This document shows, in pieces, positions 13,070-23,797 of a stretch of DNA of 64,000 bases (the stretch's first letter is position 1; each line of letters starts with the position of its first letter). A model generated the notes under the pieces. That model searched no databases and was not told where the DNA came from. It saw only the letters and a list, made by a program, of their open reading frames with translations. The translations under genes were made by a program, and so were the position numbers. This DNA comes from Acanthaster planci (taxonomy: Eukaryota). Location of the stretch: NCBI RefSeq assembly GCF_001949145.1, contig NW_019091358.1, forward strand, positions 3,156,535-3,220,534, given 5' to 3'.

Positions 13070-14560
13070 TCAGGTGGACCTGAGCATCAAACCTTTCAGG
13101 CCTTCGTAACCAATCCTAGCTTTCTTTAGTCTCAGCAACTTGAACCAGCTGATGGACGTGAGAGTATAATCATCAGAGCTCTAATCTCGGCAATGGTTGG
13201 ACTGACTTCAGCCTCAAACCATCCACACTTGAGTGACCAGTCCAAGTGAATTTAAGCCTCAAACAATCTTGCTTGAGTGACCAACCCTAGCTGTAGTCTC
13301 AGCAACATGAACCAGCAGGTGGACTTGAGCCTCGAACCATCCAGGATTGAGTGACCAACCCTAGCTCTAGTCTCAGCAACATGAACAATGAGGCGGACTT
13401 GAGCCTCAGACCATCCAGGCATGATCTGAGTGACCAGTTCTAGCTTTTGAGTCTCTTACAAGACTTGAGTGAGTTTAAGCGTCAAACCATCTAGGCTTGA
13501 GTGACCAATCCTAGCTCTGATCTCAGCATCATGAACCAGCAGGTTGGAATGAGCCTCAAACCCTCTTGGCTTGAGTCCTGACTAGGACTGACCAGTCCTT
13601 CCGGTAGTTCTTGAACCTTTTATGAGACTTGAGTGAATTTGAACCTTAGACCATCCAGGCTTCAATAACAAACCCCAGCTCTAGTTTCAGAAACGGCTGG
13701 ACTTCAACCTCAGACCATTCAGGCTTGAGTGATTAACCCTGGGTCTACTCTCAGCAATATGAACCAGCAGGTGGATTTGAGCCTCAAACCTTCCAGGATG
13801 GAAAGACCAATCCTTGGCTTGGTCTCATCAACATGAACAAACAGGTTGACTTGTGCCTTAAACCATCCAGTCTTGATTGATCAATCGTGGCTCATGAGAC
13901 TTTACAGGACGTAAATGAACTTGAGCATGAAACCATTCAGGTTGAGGGGCCAATCCTAGCTGTAGTTGGAGCAAAATGAACAAGGAAGTGACCTTTAGCC
14001 TCAAACCATACAGGATTGAGTGACAAATCTTGCTCTGGTCTCAATAACATGACCCAGCTGATGGACCTGAGCTTAATACCATCCAGGCCAGAGTGGCCAA
14101 CCCTAGCTCTTGAACCTCAAACCGGGCTTGGCTAAGCCATATCTTCAAACTATCCAGTCTTTAGTGATCAATCCTTGCTCTGGTCTCAGCAATATGACTC
14201 GGCTGGTGGGTTTGAGCCTCAAACCAACAAGGCTTGAGTGACCAATCCTAGCTTTCGTTATAGTAAAATGAATAAGCAGGTGGAGTTGAGCCTCAAACTA
14301 TCCAGGATTGAGGGACCAATCCTAGCTCTAGTCTCAACAGCATGAACCATTAGGAGGATATGAGCCTCAAACCATCTAGGATTTAGTGATCAATCCTAGT
14401 TTTAGTCTCAGCAATTTGAACAAGCAGGTGGATTTGAGCCGCAAACTATCCAGGATCAAGTGACCAATCCTTGCTCTAGCCTCAGCACTATGAAGAACAG
14501 GTGGACTTAAGCCTCAAACGATCAAAAGATCATAAGTCTTAAGTCCCTAACCAGGCTTGC
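13070..14560. repeat. Degenerate 74-bp tandem satellite (about 20 units) with an interspersed variant unit
   Basis: Consensus TTGAGCCTCAAACCATCCAGGATTGAGTGACCAATCCTAGCTCTAGTCTCAGCAACATGAACCAGCAGGTGGAC. Unit starts at 14212 and 14286 are 74 bp apart. Confidence 0.9.
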
Positions 14561-15084
14561 ATTTGAAGCAAGATATGGGACGGAGAGAACCCCCTCCTCC
14601 TGCCTTTGTGTTGGTCATTGTGAAGAGTAGGCGATGCGAGGGGGGTTGGTTTAGCCGTGGTAGTTGTAGTAGTCCCCAGCCTACTGTCAAGTTCCGTGCA
14701 TTATCGTTTCACCAAACATAAACCCTAGCCAAACTTAAGAGATAATACACCACAGAACTATAGTACCAGAGCACCTCCGGGCCTATGCCATCTTGTTACA
14801 AATGTATAAAATTCACTCGCATAAAGTACTGCTTGAACGCATACACACATGTTCATAACAGTATGCGTGTACACTTATATGTATCACTCAAGGCCATGCC
14901 ATGCACATCATTACATGTACTACACGTGGGCTATCGAGGCCCCATTTCCATGACAACACTAACCAAATTTATGCCTTAAAAAAATCACCACTTTTAGTTC
15001 TCAGCTGTCCCCAAATATACCATTAAACCGGTCTATGATAATGTGCTGTAAAAGTGAGGTACTTAAGAACCAACAAATATCTCT

Positions 15085-18000
15085 TTAGGTTACAAAATGA
15101 AGAAGTGAAAATACAAGTGGCTTCTCAAGGACCGTGGCTGCATGGATGGCCTTTCTAGCCCGAATGGCCTTCTCGATAGTCTTCCTAGCAGTTCTTCTCG
15201 CAGTTCGGAGATGCAGCTGGTGGTGATACAGATAGCTCCCTATGTCACCGTCATTGTTGGGGCTTCCCTGCCTGAGTTGGTGCTCAGTGGGAACCAGCCA
15301 TTTCACCCAAACATCAGAAAGAACGGGTCTACGCCTGTTGTGGAGTGTTTCAAATTGTTGTATGCATACACAAGGGCTTGAAGGTAATCTGGCCACTTCC
15401 GCTTCTTCTATTCAGATAGAGCCGCCAGCATGTTGTGCATGGTCCTATTGTACCGTTCGCATTGGCCATTGCCTGCAGGATGATAGGGCGTCGTGTGACT
15501 ACGCTGTATCCCATATAATTGGCACAGGTGAGAAAACGATCTGGGATTCAAAATTCTGCCTGCGATCTGAATGAAGGCTAAGGGGGCTTTGGCCACAGTG
15601 AGGGCCTTCTGGTCTTTTGTAGGTATCGGCCACACATACTTTGTGAATGCATCAGTTACAACTAATACATTCTCTATCCCACTGGTTGAGGGCTCCAAGA
15701 TGGTAAAGTCCATGGCCAAGACTTCCATAGGTGCCGTTGCTGATAGTGTCCCCAGAGGAGGACGGGTCTTCCGGGTAGGAGCCTTGGCAATGGCACAACG
15801 CTTGCACTTTGCGCACCATTCTTTAGTCGCCTTCTCCATGTTATGCCAATAAAACCGGTCCCGCAACAACTGAAAGGTTCTCTTTGCTCCAAAATGGCCA
15901 TTGTGATCATAAAAAGGGAAGCAGAAGCTGGGAAATAACTTGATGCATAGATGGGCAGACTACCCTCCTTTGCAACAGCTCATCGTACACTGACAATCTC
16001 TTCCAGTCCTGAAGGAGGACTAAGGCCAGCTTACTGAAATTTGCACGCTCCCCTCTGGCAGGTTATACCCCTCTTCTGATGAATTCAATCACCCTTCCCA
16101 GAACCAGGTCCTCTTTCTGAAGGCTGACAATTTCCTCAGTGGAGCGCCGTGGCAGGCAAGAGATTCCACCAATCCGGCAGACATCTATGCTATCATGAAG
16201 CTGCAAGAGAACAGTGGTCCCAGAGGAATGGTGTTCTAGACAAGCATTTACAGTTGAACTGCTCACCCTGGGGGGCACAGGTGCCATTGTCTACCTTATC
16301 CTCTGGGGTGGCAGGGGAATCCTTCAAGGCAGCAGTGGAGCTGCCAAACTCAGCTTGCCTTGAGAGAAAATAAGGGACCTGGTTTGACTTCCCCAGCCGG
16401 TACACTAGTTTGTAGTTGAAAGAACTCAACTGCAAGACCTACCTCATCTCTGCACAGCCTAAGTTTGCTTTGTCTAGAAACAGGAGCGGATGATGGTCTG
16501 TGACGATAGAGAACTTCTGCCCCATCAGGTAGTCATTGAAGACCTCCATTGTGGCCCATTTTATGGCCAGCAGCTCTAGTTTGAATGTACTGTAATGTCC
16601 ACTCCATTCTGCAGGTCGCAGCGCTCTGGACATGTGTGCTATGACCTGTTCCTTTCCATCCTCATTCAACTGAAGCCACACAGCCCCCAAGCCAGTAGCA
16701 ATCGCATCTGTCTCTACCCTGAATGGTTGTGAAAAGTCTGCATATGACAAGGTTGGCGCATTGGTCACGTGGTCGATCAGGGCCTTAAAGGCTGCTCCAG
16801 CAGGCTTTCCAAAGTCAACCCTAGGGTTCGGTTGCTTGGACTTCCCTCTGCCCTTTCCATCACACTTCAGGAGGTTGAAGAGAGGTCCTGCGATGGCTGC
16901 ATAACCTCGAATGAACCGTCTGAAGAAGCCAGTAAAACCCAGGAAAGCCCATATTTCTCTCACAGTGGTTGGTTGAGGCCATTGTCGAAGCACTTGGATC
17001 TTTTCCGGGTCAACGGCGACCCCATCACCAGACACAAGGTGGCCAAGGTAGCAAACTTGAGACTGCAGCAAATGACATTTGGTACGCTAAAGCTTCAGCC
17101 CATGACCTCCAAGCCTGGTAAACACTCGATCAAGGTGCATCATATGGGAGTCAAAGTCTCGAGAGTAAACAAGGCATCCCTGCAGGAGACGCTGAAACGT
17201 AGCCGGTGCATTTGTAAGCCCAAATGGCATTTGCAAGTACTCGTAGAGACCAAAAGGCACCACAAATACTGTCTTCCCAATGTCTGAAGGGTTCATGGCT
17301 ACCTGGTAATACCCACTGGTAAGGTCAAGTACCGTGACCAATTTTGCTCCCCCCAGAGCCTGGAGTGACTCTTCAATTCTTGGGAGAGAAAAGGAATCAC
17401 GGTACGTCACCCTATTCATCTGCCTGTAATCCACACACAGTCGGATCCCACCGTCTCTCTTCTGTACAATGACCACAGGAGACGCCCAAGGGCTCGTGCT
17501 TTCTCGGATGATATTCTTCTCTAGCAGGTTATGGATGTGTTCACGCACCATTTGGTATTGTGAAGGTGGGAGTGGGCGATGCCGCTGACTTAATGGGTGC
17601 GTGTCCCCAATGTCAATACAGTGAGTAACAGTGTTTGCGTATCCCAGGTCTTTCTCATGCTTTGAAAACACTTCCTGATGCTTGTCTGGCAGGGCCTCCA
17701 TCCTTCGCTTCTGATCAGGTGTCAGTTGAGAACTGACGTCCACGCAGATAGGCACCGATGCCGTTTGACATGACGGTGTCCAGGTTCTCTGCTTCGACCA
17801 GGCTCTGTGCGTGTTCGTCAACTTTTCTACCAAGGTGTAGCGTTCCCAGTACAGAAGCTTTGGGTATGACGGCGTCAACATTACTCTCGTTATACAGGGT
17901 GGTACAAAATTGCCCCTACTCTACCCTGACAAAACACGGTGGGACAGTTATCCCTGAAGGTGGGCCTCCACATTCTGGGGGTTCGAAAATGGCATCATAA

Positions 18001-18400
18001 GAACTCCTCCCTGGGTAGATACCTCCTGTACCCTCGACAACAACCTCTTGACGGGCAGATACTACGATGGTCTGACCTCCAAGATATGCTCGTCCAACCA
18101 TTCCTCCTCCAGAACCAAACTTCACTGTCTTCTCCATCAACTGAAGCACTTTCAACTTCTTGGTGTGGCCAAGGGATCTTGGTGAGGCACTCACCGGACA
18201 AAGAATTCACAAACTGGTCCCAGCACTGTTGCAAAACATTCATTCTGAGAATGGCGGGTACTCCTTCTCTTCCTAACTTCATGGGTGATTTCTCTTCCAA
18301 CACCAGCACCACACGAGACTGGATGGTTTGGCCTAAGACTTGTATATCTGTTTCAAAATATCCCACATATGGGATAGCATTTCCATTGGCTGAGACAAGA
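15085..18400 (-). pseudogene. pol: Gypsy pol (PR-RT-RH-IN), fragmented
   Basis: ORFs 17995-18366, 17087-17881, 16439-17071 and 15408-15869 carry the domain motifs. The RT YxDD segment appears deleted (QGCLVYSRDF). Confidence 0.9.
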
Positions 18401-19519
18401 GAGAAGAATTCGGGAATTGGCTTCAGACGGAAGCCCTTAGGCTCAAGGTATGCCTCCCCAACAGCTCTTGCTAAAAAGTGTCGATCTATGGAAGGTGAGC
18501 CCTTTACTCCTACCTCCGCGGTATGGCCTTCTACATGAAATCACGGACTTCTCCATCCTTGCCATCAAATACAGTGATCCTCCAGTCTGGGGCCATCACG
18601 AAGGGAGCCTGTGGTCTGGACAGTAGTTTTGCAAGTTCTGCCTCAAGTCCTTGTAGTGAACCAGCTTCAGTGATACCCTTCGCATCTTCTGGGTAAAGCA
18701 CTGTATACGTGCGTTCACCCCAACCGTCTGGTGGTGGCTTCACTACATCAGCATGAGCAGGGACAACTATTTTCTCCTCTCCCTCAACATACAACAAACC
18801 AGTAGCCGAAGGGTGGTGTGAACATAGGGTGGCAAGCAACAGGGGTCCACCCTCTCCACCTAAGGGGTAACGCTGTATTAACTTATGAACTTTAATCCTT
18901 GTGTACGCCATACTACAAGAAATATGTATACATATACAACAACTCAAATTCTGGCTATATCGCAAGAGTTGGATCCCTATGTCAGAAATACACATAACCA
19001 CATGGGAGCAAACAAATTTGAAAAAAAAAAATGAAATAATTCACGGTAGATTCATACTTTTTGTCAACAATGAACTATTACCAATTAAAATATCAATTAT
19101 GGTAGTCCAAAGTTATGTACCTGGACTTAATTAAAGCTCCAACTTCTATTGAAAGTACTATTTACTCAGCACTTAAGGCAAGGATGAGAAAAAACACACA
19201 ATCGACTGGAACGTGTGGTCAACTATCACTTGGCAAATGACGGTTTTCCAAGGCAATTTAGAATTACAGCTCAACTTCCGGTCAAAAATACCATTTACAC
19301 TTAATACATTTGACAACTGTAAAACTTTAATGCCAGTAATTTAGCACTGATACACTTACTTAGCTTTTGATTATAAACACTCTGCTTTTCCAGAAAACTA
19401 AAGTACACAATCCAAATCAGCAAAGTTAAGTGCAAATTTACATACTTTTTGACACTTTCTGACAATTAACTAGCGATCAACCATACACCAAAAATTGCAA
19501 CACTCCTGTATTCTTCCGG

Positions 19520-19975
19520 GCATCCCAACTCCCCATCATCCCAACTCCCCATCATCCCAACTCCCCATCATCCCAACTCCCCATCATCCCAACTCCCCAT
19601 CATCCCAACACCCCGTCATCCCAACTCCCCATCATCCCAACTCCCCGTCNNNNNNNNNNNNNNNNNNNNNNNNNNNNNNNNNNNNNNNNNNNNNNNNNNN
19701 NNNNNNNNNNNNNNNNNNNNNNNNNNNNNNNNNNNNNNNNNNNNNNNNNNNNNNNNNNNNNNNNNNNNNNNNNNNNNNNNNNNNNNNNNNNNNNNNNNNN
19801 CATCCCCACTCCCCGTCATCCCAACTCCCCGTCATCCCAACTCCCCGTCATCCCAACTCCCCATCATCCCAACTCCCCGTCATCCCAACTCCCCGTCATC
19901 CCAACTCCCCGTCATCCCAACTCCCCATCATCCCAACTCCCCATCATCCCAACTCCCCATCATCCCAACTACCTA
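19520..19975. repeat. 16-bp minisatellite (CATCCCAACTCCCC(A/G)T)n spanning an assembly gap
   Basis: Near-perfect tandem units on both sides of the N-run at 19650-19800. Confidence 0.95.
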
Positions 19976-19977
19976 TC

Positions 19978-19995
19978 ATCCTGCCGACTACACTT
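19978..19995 (-). promoter_or_regulatory. Primer-binding site complementary to the tRNA-Ser 3' end
   Basis: Plus-strand ATCCTGCCGACTAC matches the 3' end of eukaryotic tRNA-Ser (…ATCCTGCCGACTACG-CCA). It lies just inside the Gypsy 5' end. The TGG start is lost. Confidence 0.75.
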
Positions 19996-20185
19996 AGGGA
20001 TTAAACAAACAATTAAGCAACAATGGGGAACCAAATGGGGCATCTCTACAATTGTTTAATCGGAATCTCAGGAATTCTTTACAGACTTCTAGGGGGATAT
20101 GTTAGGTAACACGATAGTCTACAGTGTGTATAGGGACTGGACAGGTAAGGGGGGTACCCCTCCGTCCCATATCTTGCCTGGTATA

Positions 20186-20480
20186 CAGGTTTGAGTCAAC
20201 TTGAGACTTAAACTATTCAGGATTGAGTGACCAATCCATCTCTACTCTCAGCAATATAAATCAACAGATGGACTTGAGCCTCAAACCATCCAGGCTTGAG
20301 TGACCCGTCCTAGTTCTTGAGCCTCTTACCAGGCTTGAGTTTAACTCGAGCCTTACACCATCCAGGTTTGAGCGACCAATCCTAGCTCTGGCTTTAGCAA
20401 CAAAAGAAGCAGGTGGACTTGATCTACCGGTAGCCTGACACCATCCAGGATTGAGAGACTAATCCTAATTCTAGCCTCAG
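20186..20480. repeat. Continuation of the 74-bp satellite beyond the nested insertion
   Basis: Same TTGAGCCTCAAACCATCCAGGCTTGAGTGACC units, about 4 copies. Confidence 0.9.
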
Positions 20481-23400
20481 TATAAATATCATGCATGGTA
20501 GTCACACACGGCAGGGTTCAGGATAAATTTGAAGATTTTTGTTTGAGCCACGTGTCGTGTTTCTGGAGTTATTTACAAACATCAAACGTATCCAATTGCT
20601 GTAGATTTTACCAAACTTGTTATTCACTTCTTTCTTTCAGTGCTGCAATTACAGTGGTCTGCCATCTTGAAGAATCAGTTTTCTTGATGATGTGTGGGTA
20701 AGTAGTGATAGATTCTTTCACTTTTGAGTTCAGAGAAATGAGTAACACTGAATTCGCAAGCAAAGAAAATCTTTTGAAATTTGGCAATTGAAAACTAATT
20801 ATTTATCCCTGGAATAGCTGGTTTTTTTTCCAGACAATTTCATAGAACATTTTTTGCAGACCATTTCATCCCCACTCCCCATTTGGAACTCGGCTTTCCT
20901 CTGCCCAATCTTTTTTAGACCTGACATGCGTATAGACACACTCATTATCAGCACAGAGGGGAAGTGTCAATTCCATCTGATGTATGGCCTTTTTGTTCCT
21001 GTCATTTGAGGGCTACGTTTGTGTTGGCTTGCATGCGTATCAGTAGGGAAAGTTGACATTTTTGGCTGATGAGCTCTCTTGACAAAGTAGGTGCAGCACA
21101 AGAAAGGAATATGTCTGATTTTCACCAAATTGGGATCAAAATGACTGGAAGATATTACTAGAAAATTTCCTGAAGGCTTAGTGTGTAAAAATGCACTATG
21201 AAGAGATTGGAGCATAAGGAGGGGCAGATTCTAATTCCTCCCCCTCCCCGACTCTGTTAGGGTTCAGACAAATAAAATCAAACCTCAGTCATGAGAACAC
21301 AGTTAAAATAACATTCTACTTTAATATAACAAGGGAATTTTTAGGTCCCCATGCTTTGTTCTCTATTGATATCTCTCCTGATAATACAATCGGTAATCAG
21401 TAAAGTCCCAAGGACCTCTTATTGAAAATGCATAGCTGTGATGTATTTTTCTTAAACAAAGTTTCAACTGTGTATCTTCTTTAATTGTGCAAAATCCCCT
21501 TTGCAATCCCATTTTATCAAATGTGTTGAAAACAACTTGTTTTTAAATAGTTAAAACTATTCATGCTTTCCATGACAACTGTGAGGGAGCTGTTGCTCAA
21601 GTTGAAATCGTCTACGGAATACATGTGTTTATACATGTAGGTGCTTCAAATTGTGAATGCAGAGTGTACTCATTGAAAACATTTCTGAGGGAGGTATTCA
21701 TGCTTTCTTGTTGCTATGCACATAAACAACAATAAATCAATATAGAAGTGAAAACTGAGTCAAGTAAAATCTACAAAACTGCAGGATTTGTGTACAAAGC
21801 AATTGAGGCTTTCATCCTTGGATGACATCACAGTTTTGCTCATTAACATGGAGATATTCATCATTTGCATAAAAACCTAAAAAGGTTGTAAAATACCCTT
21901 AGAAATTGTGAAATTAAACTTGAAAAGAAAATGAACTGATGCAAAAAGGTGCATTTTGAAGGTTGGTATTAAAAGGAATTGATTGCAGCTACCCTTTAAC
22001 GAGGTTGGAGTGTAAAAAACTTAACTGCAAAAACAACAGCACTTTCTTGAAAAAATTTAAGCTATTCCTTAATCTTGTCTGTCAGTTTTCTCAGTCTAAT
22101 GTAATAACATTGGATATTTAGCCGTTGTTGGCAAAGTTTACTAAACAATATTTTGCCTGACACATACACAGTAACTTTTTTCCCCACCATAAAAAATCAT
22201 ACTTTGACTGGGTCTTCTTTCACAAAATCATTGCGACGTCTCATAAATTCGGTTTTCTTGCCCTAAAAAATCCTCCAGAGCCACAAATAACAACATGAAA
22301 ATGTTACACTCTGTTATGAAATGTTGGAGTCAATTTTTTAAAAACCCAAAACATTGTTTATATTCTTGGATGAAAAAGGACGACACCTTTGGATTGAACT
22401 CAGCCAGCTGGGGGCATAGGTTGTGATTTTAGATGTGCACGCTATTCACCAGACTGCCAAATATAGTTTGAATTTTGTGATAATCTGATGATCTTTACTG
22501 GCTTGATTACGTAGGACAGAGGGCGCTGTCTACTTGTAGCCTGCTAAATACTGTTAGTTAAATTTGGCAATGACCAATCGTCCACTGTCCTACATGAAGT
22601 CAATGTGTGTAACGTCTTGAAACACTCTCGTTTTTTTCTTGTTCCTGTAGGCAGAAGTGGTTCCTGTCTGCCGTGTTATTTGCCGTGGCTTCAATTGACA
22701 AACCTTGACAGCACAAACCAGATGCTACAATGCTTAAAGATTAGATTTGCAGAAAAAATGTGTACAGACTATCTTCTGATGGTAAACATGGTTTAAGGCT
22801 TTTTGTCTTGTTTGGGACAGTTGTAGGCTTTCTGGAATAGGGAATACGAGTAGATGTTTAAGTTAACGTTGAACATGCACAACTTCATTTTACACAACAA
22901 ATCCATATTTTTAGAACTGCTTTTCAGGGTGTATTTTAGTCTATTGAAAAAGAAATCAAGCATGTTTTAAGTTACTTTTGCTAGAAAAAAAGTCACATCT
23001 GAGTAAATAAAAATTACAAAGCATTAGACAAAGTGTTCACTCAAGTGGAGACATTTCAAAATGTCCATCATACGTACTGTTCATGATTGCACAAAGTAAT
23101 CACTATTGTTCGTTTTTTAAGCTGTGAAATAGGACTCATAAATTCTTGAGAAATCTGGAGAAAGTAACTGATGTACCATTTTTACTGCTTTTCATTTTTT
23201 CCTGAATTTTTGAGATTTTTTGCATAATTTTCGTCAGATTGTAGGAACTTCTTATTCAAAATAAGCAAGTACTTGTATTGCCCACCATGTTCCTTGAACG
23301 TATATAGCAAGATAGACTTAGAGGCTTACTACCAAACTTTCTAATGGCCCAAAAAAGTTAAAAATTCAGACGCCCTGAAATTTCAGTCTTTGCAGAATCT

Positions 23401-23685
23401 CAATCTCTGATGTTCCACCAACAGTTGAATTTTTTGTGACAAACATAACTTTACATGTACATATGGATATTTCGAGAAAAAAAATGAAGCTTGCAAATAT
23501 ATTGTGGACCTACAACATACTGAAGTATATGCATGGTCTGAATATTTTGTCTATTCTGGCTTTTGGCATATTCAAATTTCTGCTTTTGTTATTTATATAC
23601 ATGCAGATAAGTTGTGCCCTTTGACCTTTTTTGAAATTGCGCAATCCTAACCTTTAAATATAAGTTCCGAAATCTTATCTATCAA

Positions 23686-23765
23686 GAGGCCTGTGGCCTG
23701 GTGGTTAGCTTGCTGGCTGCCAGGCCAGGGGACCCCGGTTCAAATCCCGGGGTCCCTGGAAAAGG

Positions 23766-23796
<31 letters not shown>

Positions 23797-23797
23797 C
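23686..23797 (+). mobile_element. tRNA-like / SINE head followed by a long oligo-T
   Basis: A box TGGCCTGGTGG, T-arm CCCGGTTCAAATCCCGGG, then a T-run of about 28 nt before the gap. No clean acceptor stem. Confidence 0.5.

Larger units (their letters stand above)
14621..20050 (-). mobile_element. Decayed Ty3/Gypsy LTR retrotransposon
   Basis: TG...CA termini with a 4-bp TSD ATTG (14617-14620 and 20051-20054). Order on the minus strand: gag remnant (FDGK), protease region (GYFETDIQVLG), RT (SPWASPVVIV, LCVDYR, LDLTSGYYQV, MPFGLTNAPATFQR), RNase H (VETDA, LELLAIKWA, TDHHPL), integrase (H-H/C-C zinc finger, MDFT, HTTPYHPAGNGQCER). Many stops and frameshifts. Confidence 0.95.
14567..20181. mobile_element. 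About 180-bp MITE (TIR GCAAGATATGGGACGGAG) split by a Gypsy insertion
   Basis: Left half 14567-14620 and right half 20051-20181 align colinearly with the uninterrupted copy at 50129-50308. The ends are inverted repeats. Confidence 0.85.

Noticed and set aside
13070..14560. CRISPR-like array
   Set aside because: The units are contiguous degenerate tandem monomers without unique spacers. There are no cas genes and the context is eukaryotic.
16769..18538. Plus-strand ORFs of 172 and 199 aa
   Set aside because: They are antisense shadows of Gypsy pol with no motifs of their own.
14567..20181. Novel TIR-bounded retrotransposon
   Set aside because: The TIRs belong to an independent MITE (empty copy at 50129-50308). 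The Gypsy has its own TG…CA ends and ATTG TSD.
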